Origin: a bacterium
GTDB lineage: Bacteria > Patescibacteriota > Minisyncoccia > UBA6257 > UBA9933
Reading direction: 5' to 3'
NCBI GenBank assembly: GCA_021786355.1
Contig: JAJYNK010000009.1
Location: forward strand, 517-64,516
DNA: 64,000 nt
Shown: in pieces, positions 60,006 to 64,000 of the stretch
How the letters are laid out: every line of letters starts with the position of its first letter
Position numbering within the stretch: position 1 is the first letter of the stretch
Notes under the pieces: generated by a model
What the model was told of the DNA's origin: nothing
What the model saw: only the letters and a program-made list of their open reading frames with translations
Database searches by the model: none
Position numbers and translations under genes: made by a program

Positions 60006-61859
60006 ATGGCTCAAAATGAAGATAAAGATCTTGATAAAAAAAGGCACTCTTTGGCCCATATTTTAGCAATGGCGGTTTTGGACTTATGCGCGGATAAACG
60101 CGGACTAAACGCGGAACAACGCGGAAAAGGATCTGTTCAATTAGGAATCGGACCGACAATAGAAAACGGATTTTATTATGACTTTGACTTTTCGCAGACG
60201 AAAGCGGATCAACGCGGATCTAAACGCGGATTTACGCAGATAACAGCGGAGGATTTGCCGAAAATCGAAGAACGCATAAAAGAATTAGTCTCGCACGATT
60301 TGAAGTTTAAAAAAGAAGTTATAACATTTGAACAAGCGAAGAAACTTTTTAAAAACCAAAAATATAAACTTGAGCTTATCAAGGAGTTAAAAGATCAGAA
60401 AAAGGCGATTAATATTTACGGCACTTTCGGAAAAGACCCAAAAGAAACTTTTGTTGATTTATGCGCCGGGCCGCACGTCAAATCAACAAAGGAAATAAAC
60501 AAAGGCGCTTTTAGACTGACAAAGCTTGCGGGCGCGTATTGGCGGGGCAGCGAAAAAAATCCGATGTTAACCCGAGTTTACGGCGTGGCTTTTAACACTC
60601 CAGACGAACTTAAGGATTATTTAAAACTTTTAGAAGAAGCGGAAAAGCGCGATCACAGAGTTTTGGGCGAGAAAATGGATTTGTTTACGGTCGATGAGAA
60701 TATCGGAAAGGGTTTGCCGTTGTGGCTACCGAAAGGCTATCTAATACGCCGATTAATTGAAGATTATATTTATAAGGCGGAACAGGAAAACGGGTATCTC
60801 CATGTTTTAACTCCGGAATTAGCCAAAGAAGTTCTTTATAAAACTTCGGGACATTTGGCGCATTATAAAGAAGATATGTACTCGCCCATAGAGATTGAAA
60901 ACGAGAAATATTATTTAAGGCCGATGAATTGTCCGCATCACCACTCCATATATAAGCACAAATTAAGAAGCTATAAGGATTTGCCTTTAAGAATAGCGGA
61001 GTTCGGCACGGTTTACAGGCACGAAAGATCGGGGGTGTTAAGCGGACTTATAAGAGTGCGGGGATTTACGCAAAACGACGCGCATATTTACATAACTTCC
61101 GAAAAACTGGAAGCGGAGATTATAAAAATATTGGAAATCCACAAGAAAGTTTTTGATGATTTTAAAATCAGCGATTATTGGTTTAGATTATCGCTTCCGG
61201 ATTTCAAAAATAAAGAAAAATACGGCGACATAAAAAATCGGAAAATGTGGGAACAAGGAGCGGAGGTTTTAAAAAAAGTTTTGAACAAACAAAAAATAAA
61301 ATTTGTTGAGGGCGTCGGCGAAGCGACTTTTTACGGACCGAAAATCGACGTTCAAATAAAAAATATTTACGGCAAAGAAGACACAATTGCAACAATTCAG
61401 GTGGATTATTATTCCGCCGGAAGATTCAATTTAAACTATATAGATAAAGACGGCAAAGAAAAACCGGTTGTGATAATTCACCGGGCGATACTGGGATCTT
61501 TTGAAAGATTTTTCGCTTTCCTTTTGGAAAAAACCGGAGGAGATTTGCCTTTATGGCTGGCCCCGGCGCAGGTAAGGATTATAAATATCGGCGAGGGCCA
61601 CAGAAAATACGCCGAAGATATTTTAACCGAACTTATAAAAAATAAAATCAGGGCAGAGTTAAGCGATGAAGACTCGACGGTTTCAAAAAAAATTCGTGAA
61701 GCTGAACTTCAAAAAATACCTTATATATTGGTAGTCGGTGACAAGGAAATTCAAAATAAGACCGTTAACGTACGACACTATAAACGCGGCCAGGAAGGAG
61801 AAATGAGCTTAGACGCAGTTATTAAAAAAATCGAAAACGAAGTCGAAAGTAAAATATAA
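60006..61859 (+). CDS. thrS: Threonine--tRNA ligase
   Basis: HSLAHIL, GFYYDF, DLCAGPHV, RPMNCP.H, RVRGF.QND, HRA. Confidence 0.98.
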   Translation: MAQNEDKDLDKKRHSLAHILAMAVLDLCADKRGLNAEQRGKGSVQLGIGPTIENGFYYDFDFSQTKADQRGSKRGFTQITAEDLPKIEERIKELVSHDLKFKKEVITFEQAKKLFKNQKYKLELIKELKDQKKAINIYGTFGKDPKETFVDLCAGPHVKSTKEINKGAFRLTKLAGAYWRGSEKNPMLTRVYGVAFNTPDELKDYLKLLEEAEKRDHRVLGEKMDLFTVDENIGKGLPLWLPKGYLIRRLIEDYIYKAEQENGYLHVLTPELAKEVLYKTSGHLAHYKEDMYSPIEIENEKYYLRPMNCPHHHSIYKHKLRSYKDLPLRIAEFGTVYRHERSGVLSGLIRVRGFTQNDAHIYITSEKLEAEIIKILEIHKKVFDDFKISDYWFRLSLPDFKNKEKYGDIKNRKMWEQGAEVLKKVLNKQKIKFVEGVGEATFYGPKIDVQIKNIYGKEDTIATIQVDYYSAGRFNLNYIDKDGKEKPVVIIHRAILGSFERFFAFLLEKTGGDLPLWLAPAQVRIINIGEGHRKYAEDILTELIKNKIRAELSDEDSTVSKKIREAELQKIPYILVVGDKEIQNKTVNVRHYKRGQEGEMSLDAVIKKIENEVESKI

Positions 61860-61909
61860 AGCAGATTTTTGTTGACTTTTGAGGGCTATTTATATATTCT
61901 TTTAAAACT

Positions 61910-62107
61910 ATGGGTGGCGTGCCAATGAAGCATCATACAAAGTCAAAAGTAGGGAGACGGAGATCGCATCTCGCGTTAAAGCCCTCCTCTATTTTTGTTT
62001 GTTCAAATTGCAAACATCCGACGTTGCCCCATAGGATTTGTTCCAATTGCGGCTTTTACAAAGGGAAGCTTATGAAGGAGCAGAAAGTGAAGGTAAGAAA
62101 AAGCTAG
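61910..62107 (+). CDS. rpmF: 50S ribosomal protein L32
   Basis: VP...RRSH...CSNC...PHRICSNCGFY. Confidence 0.95.
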   Translation: MGGVPMKHHTKSKVGRRRSHLALKPSSIFVCSNCKHPTLPHRICSNCGFYKGKLMKEQKVKVRKS

Positions 62108-62175
62108 CAGGTTAATTGGGGAACTGGTTGATTAGTTAATTGGTTTAAGAACATTTAAAAAAATATATTTGAAGC

Positions 62176-62628
62176 ATGGCTACTCGTCATTTGATACGCT
62201 CAATAGTTCTTCAATCGCTTTACGAATGGGACTTTTCCGGAAGAAAGGCCGATTTAATAAAGATCGTCGAGCATAATTTAAATGAGTTCGGATCCGGAGT
62301 GGATGAGCCGGAATTCGCCTGGCGGATAGTAAAGGGAGTAATTTCCAACATCGCTAAAATCGACGAGATAATCGGCAAGGTGGCGCCGCAATGGCCCATA
62401 AACCAGGTTTTTATAATCGATAGAAATATTTTAAGAATCGGCCTTTACGAACTTTTGTATGCAGATCACAGTGAAGTGCCGGAGAAGGTGGCGATAAACG
62501 AAGCGATCGAGCTGGCGAAAAATTTCGGCGGGCCGAATTCCGGAAAATTCGTTAACGGAGTTTTGGGAACAGTATACAGCCAAATGCAGGAATTAGGCGG
62601 CGACAAAGAAAAAAAAGAAAACAATTAG
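62176..62628 (+). CDS. nusB: Transcription antitermination factor
   Basis: [20 protein letters not shown]...[10 protein letters not shown]. Confidence 0.96.
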   Translation: MATRHLIRSIVLQSLYEWDFSGRKADLIKIVEHNLNEFGSGVDEPEFAWRIVKGVISNIAKIDEIIGKVAPQWPINQVFIIDRNILRIGLYELLYADHSEVPEKVAINEAIELAKNFGGPNSGKFVNGVLGTVYSQMQELGGDKEKKENN

Positions 62629-62692
62629 GGTTTAGAATTTAGAGTTTATAAATAAAAATTTAAGCTTTGAATTCTAAGTCTTACAATTTAAC

Positions 62693-63379
62693 GTGGATCT
62701 TTCTTCGTTTGAAAAAAAAATAAATTATAACTTTAAAGATCAAAACCTTTTAAAAGAGGCTTTGACTCACCGTTCTTACATAAACGAAAATCCCGACTGG
62801 GGCGTTTCTCATAATGAGCGGTTGGAATTTTTAGGAGACGCGGTTTTGGAATTAACAGTGACCGAAATTTTATTTTTGAAATATCTCGAAATGCCCGAAG
62901 GAGAACTTACAAGTATTCGGGCGGCTTTGGTTAATTATCAAATGCTTGCCGAGATTGCTAAGATAATTGGTTTGGAGGAGGTTATTTTGCTTTCCAAAGG
63001 CGAAACCAAAGATACCGGACGAGCAAGGGAGGTTATTTTAGCGAATGCTTTAGAGGCGCTTTTAGGGGCTTTGTATTTGGATTCCGGATACGAAACGGCT
63101 AAAAAATTTGTCAGCGAAACTGTCTTGTCTCAGCTTTCCAAAGTGATGAAAGAAAAGCTTTATAAAGATCCAAAAAGTTATTTGCAGGAAATAACTCAGG
63201 AAAAAATGAAGCTTACCCCAACGTACGAGGTTTTATCCGAGGAAGGGCCTGACCACGCGAAAGTTTTTGAATCTGGAGTTTATTTCGGCAAGAAATTAAT
63301 CGCCGTAGGCAAAGGTTTTTCCAAGCAAGAAGCGGAGGTGGAAGCGGCCAAGAACGCGCTCGAAGAAATTAGCCACTAG
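62693..63379 (+). CDS. rnc: Ribonuclease III
   Basis: ALTHRS, NERLEFLGDAVL, dsRBD. Confidence 0.97.
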   Translation: MDLSSFEKKINYNFKDQNLLKEALTHRSYINENPDWGVSHNERLEFLGDAVLELTVTEILFLKYLEMPEGELTSIRAALVNYQMLAEIAKIIGLEEVILLSKGETKDTGRAREVILANALEALLGALYLDSGYETAKKFVSETVLSQLSKVMKEKLYKDPKSYLQEITQEKMKLTPTYEVLSEEGPDHAKVFESGVYFGKKLIAVGKGFSKQEAEVEAAKNALEEISH

Positions 63380-63399
63380 CCACTAATAATTATTTAGAT

Positions 63400-64000
63400 A
63401 TGCATTTAAAATCTTTAGAACTAAACGGATTCAAGTCTTTTGCCCAAAAAACAGTATTAGAATTTCCAAAAGGCATTACGGCTATTGTCGGGCCGAATGG
63501 TTCCGGCAAGTCAAATGTTATTGACGCTATACGATGGCTTTTGGGAGAAAGGGAAGCTAAAAATTTAAGAGGTGGCAAAACGGAAGATCTTATTTTCGCC
63601 GGCACTAATCAAAAACCGAGAATGGGGATGGCCAGCGTAGGCGTTTATTTTGACAATAATTCGGGTTTTTTTCCGGTAGAATTCGACGAAGTTGCAATAG
63701 TTCGCCAAATAGACCGAGACAGCAATTCTAAATACACGCTTAATAAATCGGAAGTTAGAGTAAAAGATATTATTGATTTTTTTGCGAGGGTTCGGTTAGG
63801 CACAAGAGGATTGACAATTATAAATCAGGGTTCGAGCGATCTGTTTGTGCGGGTTACGTCAGAAGAACGCCGAGCTATGATAGAAGAAATTTTAGGACTT
63901 AAAGAATACCAGCTTAAAAAATCAGAAGCTTCCAGAAAACTGAAAAATACCTCGCAGAATTTGGATAAAGTTAAAGCAATGGTTGACGAAGTTTTTCCGA
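63400..64000 (+). CDS. smc: Chromosome segregation ATPase SMC, 3' end truncated by the window
   Basis: MHLKSLELNGFKSFA...IVGPNGSGKSNVIDAIRW; Q-loop INQG. Confidence 0.93.
   Translation, partial: MHLKSLELNGFKSFAQKTVLEFPKGITAIVGPNGSGKSNVIDAIRWLLGEREAKNLRGGKTEDLIFAGTNQKPRMGMASVGVYFDNNSGFFPVEFDEVAIVRQIDRDSNSKYTLNKSEVRVKDIIDFFARVRLGTRGLTIINQGSSDLFVRVTSEERRAMIEEILGLKEYQLKKSEASRKLKNTSQNLDKVKAMVDEVFP

Overview
This is a core chromosomal window around the replication origin (rnpA-rpmH-dnaA-oriC-dnaN). It comes from a small-genome bacterium that looks like Patescibacteria/CPR (inference from VirB2-like pilins, split PEP-utilising enzyme modules, eukaryote-like GlyRS, tRNA-Ile(UAU) and housekeeping genes lacking Shine-Dalgarno motifs). 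It holds about 60 CDS, 5 tRNAs and several small accessory islets. The main unexplained signal is a dense family of about 16 short inverted-repeat elements with CCC(C)...(G)GGG ends, mostly flanked by 4-bp direct repeats. They sit at -35/-10 promoter boxes and start codons. One copy (26991-27298) carries a complete GIY-YIG nuclease gene between its inverted repeats, and an empty copy with the same termini has rewritten the RuvC C-terminus. Together these suggest a GIY-YIG-associated miniature mobile-element system. Further repeat layers are five copies of a TATAGTATACTATA palindrome, tRNA 3'-end duplications enclosing 180-190 bp structured inserts, in-frame palindromic and tandem-repeat insertions in essential proteins, and free-standing LAGLIDADG genes beside tRNAs. 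All coordinates were counted by eye and may be off by a few bases.
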